From Rebecca billardiae RCC1528 (lineage: Eukaryota > Protista > Haptophyta), in contig OZ251223.1 in the NCBI GenBank assembly GCA_965240325.2, positions 1,488,001 to 1,552,000 of the forward strand: a DNA stretch of 64,000 bases, in the 5' to 3' direction. A program made the translations under genes and the position numbers. Below are positions 55,233 through 64,000 of the stretch, piece by piece (the stretch's first letter is position 1; each line of letters begins with the position of its first letter). Under the pieces are notes generated by a model. It made no database searches, was not told the DNA's origin, and worked only from the letters and a program-made list of their open reading frames with translations.

Positions 55233-56885
55233 TCACACGCGCACCAGCGGTTCGCGCGCGCCGTCGTTGGCGAGCCAAGCGGGGCCTGCGCGCTGCCTGG
55301 CGCCACGCGCCTGCACGGATGCCCAGCCCGTCGCCTGCGCGCTGGGGACGCGGCCGAAGATGCGGCGATTCGCCGCGGCGCCGCCCTCTCGCACGGCATC
55401 GATCGCGGCCATGACGAGGACGCACGCGGCCATTGCGGCGCTCACCCAGGGCCACGTGCGCCGAGAGGCGGCCGAGCCCATGGCGCCGACGGATGCGGAC
55501 GCGCCGGGCGCCTGCCGCGCGCTGCGCAGCAGCGTGGGCGGGCCCGCCGGCGGCCGGCACGCGTGCTCCCAGCCGTCGTCGTCGAGGGCCAACGGGGCGA
55601 CGACGGCCTCGAATGCGGCGAACGGGCACAGGCTCGCGTTCGGCGCGCAGCCCGCCAGCCGGTGCGTGATGACCTTGCCGTCGTACAAGAGGCGCACGTG
55701 TGGCTCGCGCGCGCCACCCTCCGCACCTGCCTGCGCGCCGGGCGCGGGCAGCCAAATCTCCACGAGCAGGTTGGCGGCGTACTTTGCCCAGAGGCCATCG
55801 TACACGCCGAGCGCCGAGAGCAGCGGCATGATGGTCGAGTCGTGCCCCGACCACAGCGCGAGCTTCGGCCGGCCCAGCAGCCCGTCCACCGCGCCGCGCG
55901 TGTGCGCGCGCAGCTCCTCCAGCACGCGCGCCATCGCGAGCTTGGACCAGCTCGCGTTGGCGTGGAGCATCAGCCGCGCAAACGAGGCCTGCAGGGCGGT
56001 CCACGCCTGTTCGTGGAGCGGCCCGTCCACGCGGAGCGCCTTGGGCAGCGACGAGCCCGCGTCCTGCGCCGACGCGCCGCACGTGCTCGCCATGAGGCAG
56101 TCGAGGGCGGGGTTGCCCCGGAGGGAGGCTAAGTCACCCTCGCCGACGGCGGAGGCGACGGCGTGCCGCGCCGCCTTGTCCGCGGCGACGGCCTCCCTGT
56201 CGGCGGCGAACGCGGCCTCCGCCTCGGCGGCGATGGTATCGAGGCGCGGGCACGCACCAGGGTTCGCCCAGAGCCAGTCCATGTCGTGCTCCGCGACCTC
56301 CCAGCGGATGGGATGGTCAGCGCGTGCGCGCGCGACGGCCGCGGCCGTGCCCGGCGCGCTCGGGGGCGTGAGCAGGCCGACGATGAGCTCCTGGCCGGAC
56401 GCCATGGCCCGCGGCGCTGTGGAGGAGCGGAGCGCGACGCCCGTCTCGCCGAAGCGCGGCACGGCCTCCGGCAGCAGCGGCGCGATCGTCGCATTGTTGC
56501 CGACGTACGCAGCGCGCAGGGAGGCGCCGAGAGCGCGCAGCTGCGCGCGCCCCTCGTCGAGGAGCTGGCCGGCGGCGCAGTGCGTGCGCGCGCCGAGGAC
56601 CATGCGCGCGCCGCCGTAGACGACGTCAAAGTCGAGCCCGCCCAGTGCCACCTTGCTCTCCGGCTGCTCGCACTGCCACGCCGTCGCGCTCGCATCGAAG
56701 CCCGGCCAGCACTCGAACGCCGCCTGCGGAGTGCGCGCGCCGTGGCGAATGACCGCCGCGGCGGATGCCAAGCGCAGGCCCGCACGCTCGTCCACGGGCA
56801 CGGGCGGCACGGGCGGCGTCGGACTCCGCCCGCAGTACGGGTGGTCCACCGCGGCAAGAAAGGCCAGCAGTCCTGCGAGCGCCAT
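55233..56885 (-). CDS. Histidine acid phosphatase (clade 2) with signal peptide and C-terminal TM helix
   Basis: RHGARTP and SGHDST catalytic motifs. Confidence 0.92.
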   Translation of the reverse strand: MALAGLLAFLAAVDHPYCGRSPTPPVPPVPVDERAGLRLASAAAVIRHGARTPQAAFECWPGFDASATAWQCEQPESKVALGGLDFDVVYGGARMVLGARTHCAAGQLLDEGRAQLRALGASLRAAYVGNNATIAPLLPEAVPRFGETGVALRSSTAPRAMASGQELIVGLLTPPSAPGTAAAVARARADHPIRWEVAEHDMDWLWANPGACPRLDTIAAEAEAAFAADREAVAADKAARHAVASAVGEGDLASLRGNPALDCLMASTCGASAQDAGSSLPKALRVDGPLHEQAWTALQASFARLMLHANASWSKLAMARVLEELRAHTRGAVDGLLGRPKLALWSGHDSTIMPLLSALGVYDGLWAKYAANLLVEIWLPAPGAQAGAEGGAREPHVRLLYDGKVITHRLAGCAPNASLCPFAAFEAVVAPLALDDDGWEHACRPPAGPPTLLRSARQAPGASASVGAMGSAASRRTWPWVSAAMAACVLVMAAIDAVREGGAAANRRIFGRVPSAQATGWASVQARGARQRAGPAWLANDGAREPLVRV

Positions 56886-57165
56886 GGCGAGCAGCTGCTG
56901 GAACACGGCGATGCTGGCCGCGAGTCGCCGTGAGCAGCAGAGCAGGTCTGCAGCCGGCCAGCCTGCCACGCGCCCGAATTTCCGCAGGCGAGTTTGAATT
57001 TCGCGCGACGAGCGAAAGAAGTCGGTTTGAGTCCTTGGTCGAGATGCAATCTCGACCTACTGATGACGCAAAAGTGATGATGCCAAACGGCTTCACGCGC
57101 CGAACAAGTTACAAGTCGGCGACAGGTTGGGCATCCGCCGCCTTCGACGCGCGTCGTCTGCGCGC

Positions 57166-58215
57166 ATGTCGCCCGTGCGCCCGGACCCTCTTCAGCGCTG
57201 GGCGCACTCCACCAACTCGTCTGCGAGGCTCAGGCTCGCGCTCGACGATCCGACGGTGACCGCCATTGAGGCGGATGTTCTTATGGGCTCGAACCCCCGC
57301 GAGCCGATTATGTCGCACCACCGGCGCACGTCCGACCTGTCGCTCCGCACCTTTTTGGACGAGTGCGTCGCAGCCGCGCGCCCGGTGCACATCAAGCTCG
57401 ACTTTAAGGAGAGCGGTGCAGTACACGCAGGTCTGCCACTGGTCGCCCAGCACCTGGAGGCCTTCGCGCGCCGGGGGCAGTGCGTGTGGCTTAACGCAGA
57501 CGTGCTGCCGGGGCCTGGCAACCGATCGTCCGACCCATGCATCGATGGCGACGAGTTCGTGCAGGCGGTGCGGGCGATCTGCTTCCCGTGCCCCGCGCTC
57601 TCCCTTGGCTGGCGCACCGGCTTCTCCTCCGCCGACACGTACACGGAGGAGGACATGTCGTCCATGGTCAAGCTCCTCTCCCGCCACCGGCTGCTCGAGG
57701 GTGGCCAGCTCGCCTTCGCCGTCTCGGCGCGCTTCTTGCTGCGGAACGTGCAGCCCATCTTGCCGCTGCTCAACGCCGCGCCGCACGCGCAGCTGTGCGT
57801 GTGGACGGGCACGGGCGAGCCCGCGCTCTCCGCCGGCAAGGCGAGGCAGCTGAGCATCGCGCTCGAGTCGGTGTGCGAGCGGGTTGGCTACGACATCCGA
57901 GTGGCCGAGACACTGCTGTGGGGCCTCGCGAGCGACCTGGCGACGGATGCGTTCCTCTTGGGGCGCGACGCGTGCGTCGGCGTCGCCGACCATGCCTACT
58001 CATCTCTGCTGTGCGCGCACGGCTGCCTGGCCGCGCCATGCAGCGGCGACGACGACGCGCGCCATGCCAGCGCCTACAGCGCGCTCCCTTCCGAGGACTC
58101 GCTGTCTGAGCAGCGGCGCCCGACGGCGTCGAACGGTGCGTTGCCGGAATGGTGTGCTGTTATTGATGTACATCAGGTGCCGAGCCCAATAAAGCAAGAC
58201 CGGAGCGATGCTTAG
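57166..58215 (+). CDS. FAM151/menorin-like (DUF2181) PLC-like phosphodiesterase-fold protein
   Basis: Motifs WAHSTNS, IEADVLMG, PIMSH, IKLDFKE, VWLNADVLPGP and LSLGWRT. Confidence 0.88.
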   Translation: MSPVRPDPLQRWAHSTNSSARLRLALDDPTVTAIEADVLMGSNPREPIMSHHRRTSDLSLRTFLDECVAAARPVHIKLDFKESGAVHAGLPLVAQHLEAFARRGQCVWLNADVLPGPGNRSSDPCIDGDEFVQAVRAICFPCPALSLGWRTGFSSADTYTEEDMSSMVKLLSRHRLLEGGQLAFAVSARFLLRNVQPILPLLNAAPHAQLCVWTGTGEPALSAGKARQLSIALESVCERVGYDIRVAETLLWGLASDLATDAFLLGRDACVGVADHAYSSLLCAHGCLAAPCSGDDDARHASAYSALPSEDSLSEQRRPTASNGALPEWCAVIDVHQVPSPIKQDRSDA

Positions 58216-58933
58216 CAGACGGTGATGCGCAGCATGCTGGATTGCTGCGGCCGTAGCGGCGAGTTTATAGCTATAGCCTCGGTAAGGCTCACATTCGCTG
58301 GTAACGCGGGCAGCCAATACGGCTACGGTAACAGCTACCGACTACCGTCGTAACAGTTCAACAAGGCAGCAGTCTGCCTTAGAAGGCACCCGCACCGCGC
58401 GAGTCCGCTGCTAGCTTATACTTCAACTTTTATTACTTCGTCAAGTTCGTAGCACAGTAGTTACAAGTACTATGCGCTAGAGAGAGAGACTAGAGACAGA
58501 GAGAGCGCTCTACGCATCAGTTTATTTATTAGACGCGGATGGTAATAACGTTAGCCCGTCCGTTACAGGCGTATAACGACGACTGAGTGACAGTGTATAG
58601 TATACACTGATTTATTACGACTAGATAATTTGCTGCATGTAGCTTCTAAGTTAAAGTTAGCAGATGTACTGCTAGCAGTGCTACTTTGATATGATCGAGC
58701 TTAATACTCTCTCTCGATCTCTCGTCTCATCTAGTCAGTAGTCGATCTCTGCTCTCTGACTTCTGAGTCACTAATCTGAGTGCTGACGAGAATCCGTCAT
58801 CCGTCTCACGCGGGGCCGGGTAACTCGTCTGGCTCTCCGTCTCTCTCTCAGATTCGGCGAAGCTACACCGATCACCCTCGTTGACGACTACTGAGTACTG
58901 TGACGATCGAACGTCGCGCGCCGTCATTAAACA

Positions 58934-60523
58934 TCATCCAGCCGCCTCAGCGTCACACCGCACTTCCTGCGCGTCGCTGAGCATGCTGTCGTGAAGGCTG
59001 ATCATCGTGTTGGCGCAGTCCGCGTAGATGTTCTCCTCGCCGTTGTACGTGAGGCAGTTCTTGCACATCATCCTGATGTCGGCGGTGAACATGCGCAATG
59101 TCCGATAGTAGCCTGCCGCGGGGAGGATGGCGGTCGCGGATGCGATCGCGCACGCGCATGGCTGCTCAGCCCCGCCAGGCGCGCGCCTCACGGGCGCCGC
59201 GCGCGCTCGCGCACCGATCTCGAGCCGTCGCTGCGCCATCGCGAGATCGATCGGCCGCTTGATGACTTCGTAGTAGTCGGGGGCCTCGGTGACGTCGACC
59301 GGCGCCAGGAACGGCCACGAGTCCGCGTGCGAGACGAGCGCTTGCAGCGCGCGCTCGATGATCGCGCTGAGCGTGCTCTTCTCGCCCGCGAGCGTGTACT
59401 CGTACCGCGGCAGCTGCACGCCCGTCTCGGCGAGCCCCGGGATGTCGGCCGCGGTCTGGATCGGGCCTCGCGAGCCGATGACGTCGCCGTGCTCGTCGAG
59501 CGGGAAGGTGTGCCGCTCGGTGATCGGCGTCTGCATCACGTGCGAGCTGCTCATGGTGCGCATCCGCTCGAGGATCGCCTGCCGCTGCGCCTCGATCATC
59601 TTGGGCAGGTTGGTGTAGTCGATGTGCTCGGAAATGCTGCACTCCATCAGCGTGCCGCCGTCGTAGTCCTTGATGAAGCCGACCCAGCGCTCGCGCTTCA
59701 TCGTCACCTGGCGCGAGAAGCCCTGCTTCTTGAAGTAGCCGATCGCGTAGTTGTCCGCGTACGTGAGGAAGTACTCGATCCCGTCCTTCTTCGCGGCCTG
59801 CTTGAGCTGGTTCATCATGCGCGTGCCGAAGCCCTTCACCTGACGCGTCGCCGTCACCGCGCAGAACGCGATCTCGGCGAAGCCCTGCGTGAAGTGCGGG
59901 CGGTAGCACACGCCGCCGACGATCTCGCCATCGTTCATGCACACGAGCGAGTAGTGGTTGCTGCACCGCGCGCGCGCAGGCGGTGCGCAGCCCGCTGCCG
60001 CAGCACAGTCAGCGCGCGCGCGCGCGGCGCGAGCGCACGCCCGTGCCTGCGCGTGCACACGCACCGGTCGAACACGAGGCGGACGATGTACTCTTTGGGC
60101 ATCTTGGGCAGCTGCTTCGCGAAGATGTTCTTCAGCGCGATCAGCTGCACCATCGTCTCCTCAGAGCCATCGTTGGTGATGACGATAAACTTGAGCTCGC
60201 CGGAGCGCTCCATCTCCTGCGCACGCGCGAGGCGTGGCGCGCGGGGACGTGAGTCGAGCCGCGCGCGCGCCAGACGTCGAGACGCCAGGCGGGCGGGCGG
60301 CGATCGAAGTAGGCGGGCGACTCGCGCCGCCTGCGCTGGTAGCGCGGACCATGACCTCGCGCTGGCGCATCAGCGGCGTCGCGCGTGGCGGCTTGCTGCT
60401 CGTGTTCGCAGGCGCGGGCGCAGAATCAGTGCGTGCCTCCTTCTCGGCCGGCTCTGCCTCGTCTGCCGCTGGCGCGCCATCCTCCTCGCCGTCCTCGCGT
60501 GAGCGCTTTGTGCCGCTGTCCAT
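58934..60523 (-). CDS. GCN5: Histone acetyltransferase GCN5 (GNAT + bromodomain), 4 exons
   Basis: [66 protein letters not shown], and bromodomain WPFLAPV...[17 protein letters not shown] introns at 60349-60217, 60064-59961 and 59214-59113. Confidence 0.96.
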
Positions 60524-60746
60524 TCTTGAACGCGCACGTGGCAGGCAAGTGAGTGCCCGGCGGGCACGCTCACAAGCGTGCCCTGCGCCACCGTGCTGCC
60601 GGGTGCGCGACGTTGGCCAGTGAGGCATTCGCTGCGCTGTGTCGGTGGCCCCGGCCGCCCACCGATTGTCAGTCCGGTCGAGGTGGCCGTTCTAGCTCAA
60701 TCAAATGACATCACTCATCAGTAGAAGACAGTATGATAGTTAAGAC

Positions 60747-61550
60747 TTAAGACTGCGGCTCGGGCGCGGGTAGGCGCTTGAGCCGGATGTGCAGCCCGCT
60801 CTCCTTGGGCCCGAGCGTGAGGTCGACTGTCTCGGACGGCACTGCCAGCCGCGCGTCCTCCGGCGGCAGCACCTCGTACGCGCGCAGCAGCGCGGCGAGG
60901 ATGGTGACCGCCTCGAGCTCGGCCAGCCGATAGCCGATGCACTTGCGCGGGCCGCCGCCGAACGGGTGCCACGGGTGCACGAGCTCGGCGCCGCTCGCCC
61001 CGGCACCGCCACCGCCGGGCAGGTGGCGCTCGGGCACAAACTCGTCGGCCGTCGCGCCGAAGAGGGCCCGGTCGCGCGTGACGGTCGCGATCGACTGGCT
61101 GGCGATCGCGCCGCTCGGCAGGAGCACGCCGCACACTCGCACCGGCTGCTCCACCAGCCGGCCGACTGAGACGACGGTGGGGAAGAGCCGGAGCGACTCG
61201 TACACGACGGCGCGCACGTACGCCATCCCGCACACCGCCTCGAAGCTCAGCGGCGTGGCGAGCGGCCCCGCGCGCAGCGCGTCCCGCCGCGCCGCGTCCT
61301 GCGCGCGCGGATGGCGCGCGAGCAGGTGCACCGCCCAGCAGAGCGTGCTGGAGGTGGTCTCGTGCCCCGCGACCAGCATCGTGATGATCTCGTCGCGCGC
61401 CTCGTCGAACGGGAGCTGCGCGTCTGCCAGCGCCGCGAGCAGGCTGGCGGGCGGCGCGTCCGCCGGCCCTGCACCGCTCGGCCCCGCCGCCGCGCCCCCT
61501 CGCGCCGCCGCGCCCGCCGCGCCCGCCTTGGCGGCGTAAATGGAGCGCGT
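60747..61550 (-). pseudogene. Cytochrome P450, C-terminal half only (orphan or alternative last exon)
   Basis: AGHETT, ESLR, PERH and PFGGGPRKCIG are present. There is no N-terminal half upstream, where the BTB gene abuts. A possible acceptor CTAATCAG lies at 61551. Confidence 0.75.
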
Positions 61551-61554
61551 CTGA

Positions 61555-62544
61555 TTAGACTGACCGCGCGCGCGCGACCTGATCCAGGAGTTCCTTGTAG
61601 GCATTGTGGTTGGTTGCGTCCTCGAGGCTTTCGTCGGCCGAAAAGAGTTCAAGGCCGTCATCGATGGAGGAAGCGCTTTGCCAGATACTCCCACCATGCC
61701 TCGGCTTTGGCACACGCACGGTGAGACCGGGCTGCCGCTGTTGGTCTTTAGTCAGCACCGCAAAGATGACCAGGGGAATGCGTGCGTGGCTGAGGTCGCA
61801 GCCCTGGAAAGCGTGTACAAGGGCAAATCCACCGTACGCGTGCGGGGAACACGCACTGCGTAAGTCAATCAGTGGAGCCCCACTGAACCATGTGCCCGTG
61901 AGATTGGCTCCAGCAAAGTTTGCTCCCTTCCAAAGAGTGACCTCATCGGACCCACCAATTGGCCTGCCACCAGCATACCCATCAGACCCATCATCATTCT
62001 TGCTTCTGTGACCGAAGCGCAGTCCCGAGAGGTCGAGACCACGCAAATCCATCCTTGACAGGCTCTTGCCGTCGTAGAGGAACTGCTTGACTTCCTCGCG
62101 GGTGAAGCCGGACTGCGGCCGCATAGAGACTGGCCGAGGCGGCTCGAGCATGTAAAACTTCAGCTCGCGCTCGAGCGCGCGCATCGCGCGCGCATCGGGC
62201 GGCTCATCGAGCTCATCCGTGCGAAGGTAGTCGAGGATGATATGGAAGTGCTCGCCGCTGCGGTCGATGAACACGTAGCCATCGTCGTCTACATGGACCT
62301 TGATCCCCTCCCGTCCGCTGAACATCGTGCCCAGCATCGAGTCTGGGTGCCGCTGCAACGTGCTCAGCGTGGTCTCAAACCTGGTGCCGCCAACGTTGAG
62401 CTTGACGCGATCTGCGCAGCGCTCGAGGTTGAGCTGAACCACCTCTTTGAGGCCTTCAATCGCCTTCCGTTCGCGAGCAAGGGCTGCCTTCTCGACCTTC
62501 AGGGCATCGATAGCGGCCTGCAGCTTCTCCAGATCCAGATCCAT
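61555..62544 (-). CDS. KCTD-type BTB/POZ protein with short pentapeptide-like repeats (KCTD9-like)
   Basis: Coiled coil, then VKLNVGGTRFETTLSTLQRHPDSMLGTMFSG...FIDRSGEHFHIILDYLR, followed by LSRMDLRGLDLSGL and ANFAGANLTG. Confidence 0.88.
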   Translation of the reverse strand: MDLDLEKLQAAIDALKVEKAALARERKAIEGLKEVVQLNLERCADRVKLNVGGTRFETTLSTLQRHPDSMLGTMFSGREGIKVHVDDDGYVFIDRSGEHFHIILDYLRTDELDEPPDARAMRALERELKFYMLEPPRPVSMRPQSGFTREEVKQFLYDGKSLSRMDLRGLDLSGLRFGHRSKNDDGSDGYAGGRPIGGSDEVTLWKGANFAGANLTGTWFSGAPLIDLRSACSPHAYGGFALVHAFQGCDLSHARIPLVIFAVLTKDQQRQPGLTVRVPKPRHGGSIWQSASSIDDGLELFSADESLEDATNHNAYKELLDQVARARSV

Positions 62545-62565
62545 GCGCGCGACCGGTGACGAACG

Positions 62566-63057
62566 ATGATGACGGCGCTGGCGCAAAAAGCTGGACGCTC
62601 AAGTCGGCCACCCGGCGCCGGGCTCCGCCCAGTCCCGGACGCTGAGGCGCTGCAGGCGAACGACGAGCAGCAGCACTCTCAGAAGCGGAAGAAGAAGCCC
62701 CGGCGTGGGAAGCGCGGGCAACGGCGCGACGCCGAGGGCCGACGGATTCGTTCTCCATCGAGCCGTCGCTCCTCGACGCGCCGCGCCGTCAAGGAACGCC
62801 AGGCGCGCAAGGCGGCGCGCCTGGCACCGACCGCTGCACCCACGCCAGTCCCTGCTGCCCCGCTCCACGAGGACCGAGACTCGCCCCCGGGCGACGACTT
62901 GGACGACGAGGAGCTGCCGCAGCAGCGGACGAAGCGCACCCTGGACGACGCCGCAGCGCCAGCCGCCGCCAGCCAGCCAGCTGGCTCGAGCGGCAGGCGC
63001 GTACGCGACCGCTCGGGGAGCACGGGGCAGGCTCGACCAGCTGCTACCAGCGGCTGA
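62566..63057 (+). CDS. Basic, disordered hypothetical ORF with NLS-like KRKKKPRR
   Basis: ATG lies 21 bp from the BTB start, and composition is coding-like. No recognisable domain. Confidence 0.35.
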   Translation: MMTALAQKAGRSSRPPGAGLRPVPDAEALQANDEQQHSQKRKKKPRRGKRGQRRDAEGRRIRSPSSRRSSTRRAVKERQARKAARLAPTAAPTPVPAAPLHEDRDSPPGDDLDDEELPQQRTKRTLDDAAAPAAASQPAGSSGRRVRDRSGSTGQARPAATSG

Positions 63058-63898
63058 GACTGCCAGCTGACATCCGGACCTGCACCATCGCCCTCGCTCG
63101 GGGCACAGCAGGGCCATGCGAGCCGCGCAGCGCAGGTGGATCGCGCTCCAGCAGCTCAAGGCCGCGCTCAAGCTTTACGATCGCGGTGCAGGCTATGCTC
63201 TGCCACCAACGCCGACTTCGTGTCGACGATCGGGCACTGCCGCCGACGAATCAGGAGACCCGCGTCGTCCTACCTGTGTCGTTAAATCATAGAATGAGTC
63301 CGGGGACGCGGCGCCGCCGCGCCGCCCTTCCCCATGCACACGTACGGCGTGTAGGCGGCATCCGGGGCGCTCCGACGCGACCGGCGTCCAGGCCCAGCTA
63401 CCGCTCGGCTCGCGACCCCGCTCGGGCCGGGACCGCCACTGGCACTGGCACTGAGCCGCGGCGCTGCAGCCGTCCTGGCCTTGTACCTGTTGTACCAGAG
63501 CCTACCATGTCGGCGCCCGAGCAGAGGCGTTCGTCGGGTATTCAGCAGGTGCCGACAGTGGCGTGCGTTGTCTGACAGCACGTACGGCAAAGAGCGTCGC
63601 CTTACGGCCTTACTTTCAGGTACATCGCGCGCGCAACTCACTCCTCAGGCAGTCCTCAGACTCAGAGCCTCCTCAAGCGGTGGCCCGTCAGGACCCGCGC
63701 GCGCCGCTGCCCAGTGCCCGCCGCGGGTGGCCGCCTGACGTGCCCGCTGACGGACGCGCGCCGCCGCGCCTACAGACACAGCATGCTGACAGGCATGAGA
63801 GGCAGCGGACTCTTCGACGAACGCGCCACGGTGACGGCAGCGCCGCCGCCGTAGCCATCGGCCGGCGCCGGCCAGCCTGTACGGCACCGCTCTGACTC

Positions 63899-64000
63899 TA
63901 TACTAGAGCGGTCTGCGACTGCGGCTCGGGCGCGGGTAGGCGCTTGAGCCGGATGTGCAGCCCGCTCTCCTTGGGCCCGAGCGTGAGGTCGACTGTCTCG
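63899..64000 (-). CDS. 3' end of a second cytochrome P450 copy, continuing beyond the window
   Basis: 63917-64000 is identical to 60751-60834. This copy ends ...PEPQSQTALV* instead of ...PEPQS*. Confidence 0.8.

Noticed and set aside
61551-61715. N-terminus of the P450 ORF as given in the track (MCQSRG...)
   Set aside because: It is an alternative frame of the BTB gene's 3' end and has no P450 features.
63860-63912. Canonical Helitron 3' end (palindrome plus CTAG) at the insert boundary
   Set aside because: The palindrome is ~30 nt from the CTAG, the next base is not T, and no matching 5' TC end was identified.

Overview
Very GC-rich eukaryotic nuclear DNA with short GC-rich GT-AG introns and a bipartite plastid-targeting presequence. 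This suggests a complex-plastid alga, most likely a haptophyte of the Pavlovophyceae type (inference). Housekeeping genes sit mostly as tightly divergent pairs: fucosyltransferase-like/XLF, giant helicase/threonine aldolase, EF-hand/fused plastid PDH E1, mitochondrial carrier/glycosyltransferase-like, and acid phosphatase/FAM151. GCN5 and a duplicated P450 3' end follow. Between the pairs are repeat-rich islands. Main points of interest: (1) a 4.4-kaa ORF made of two tandem copies of a bacterial DUF4011-SF1 helicase-endonuclease (Hhe-like anti-phage) module, one intact and one degenerate; (2) two SEL1-repeat/MYND-finger paralogues with nearly identical caps but different 108-bp repeat arrays (23 vs 10 units), hypervariable on one helix face; (3) a similarly homogeneous EsV-1-7-like C2HC zinc-finger array; (4) two families of non-autonomous Helentron/Helitron2-like elements with different terminal repeats but the same 27-nt spacer and GNA-triloop 3' hairpin, two of them forming a ~4.8-kb inverted repeat; (5) TA-targeting TIR elements, one of which cleanly interrupts a sulfotransferase. 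All domain assignments come from recognising motifs by eye; no database searches were run.
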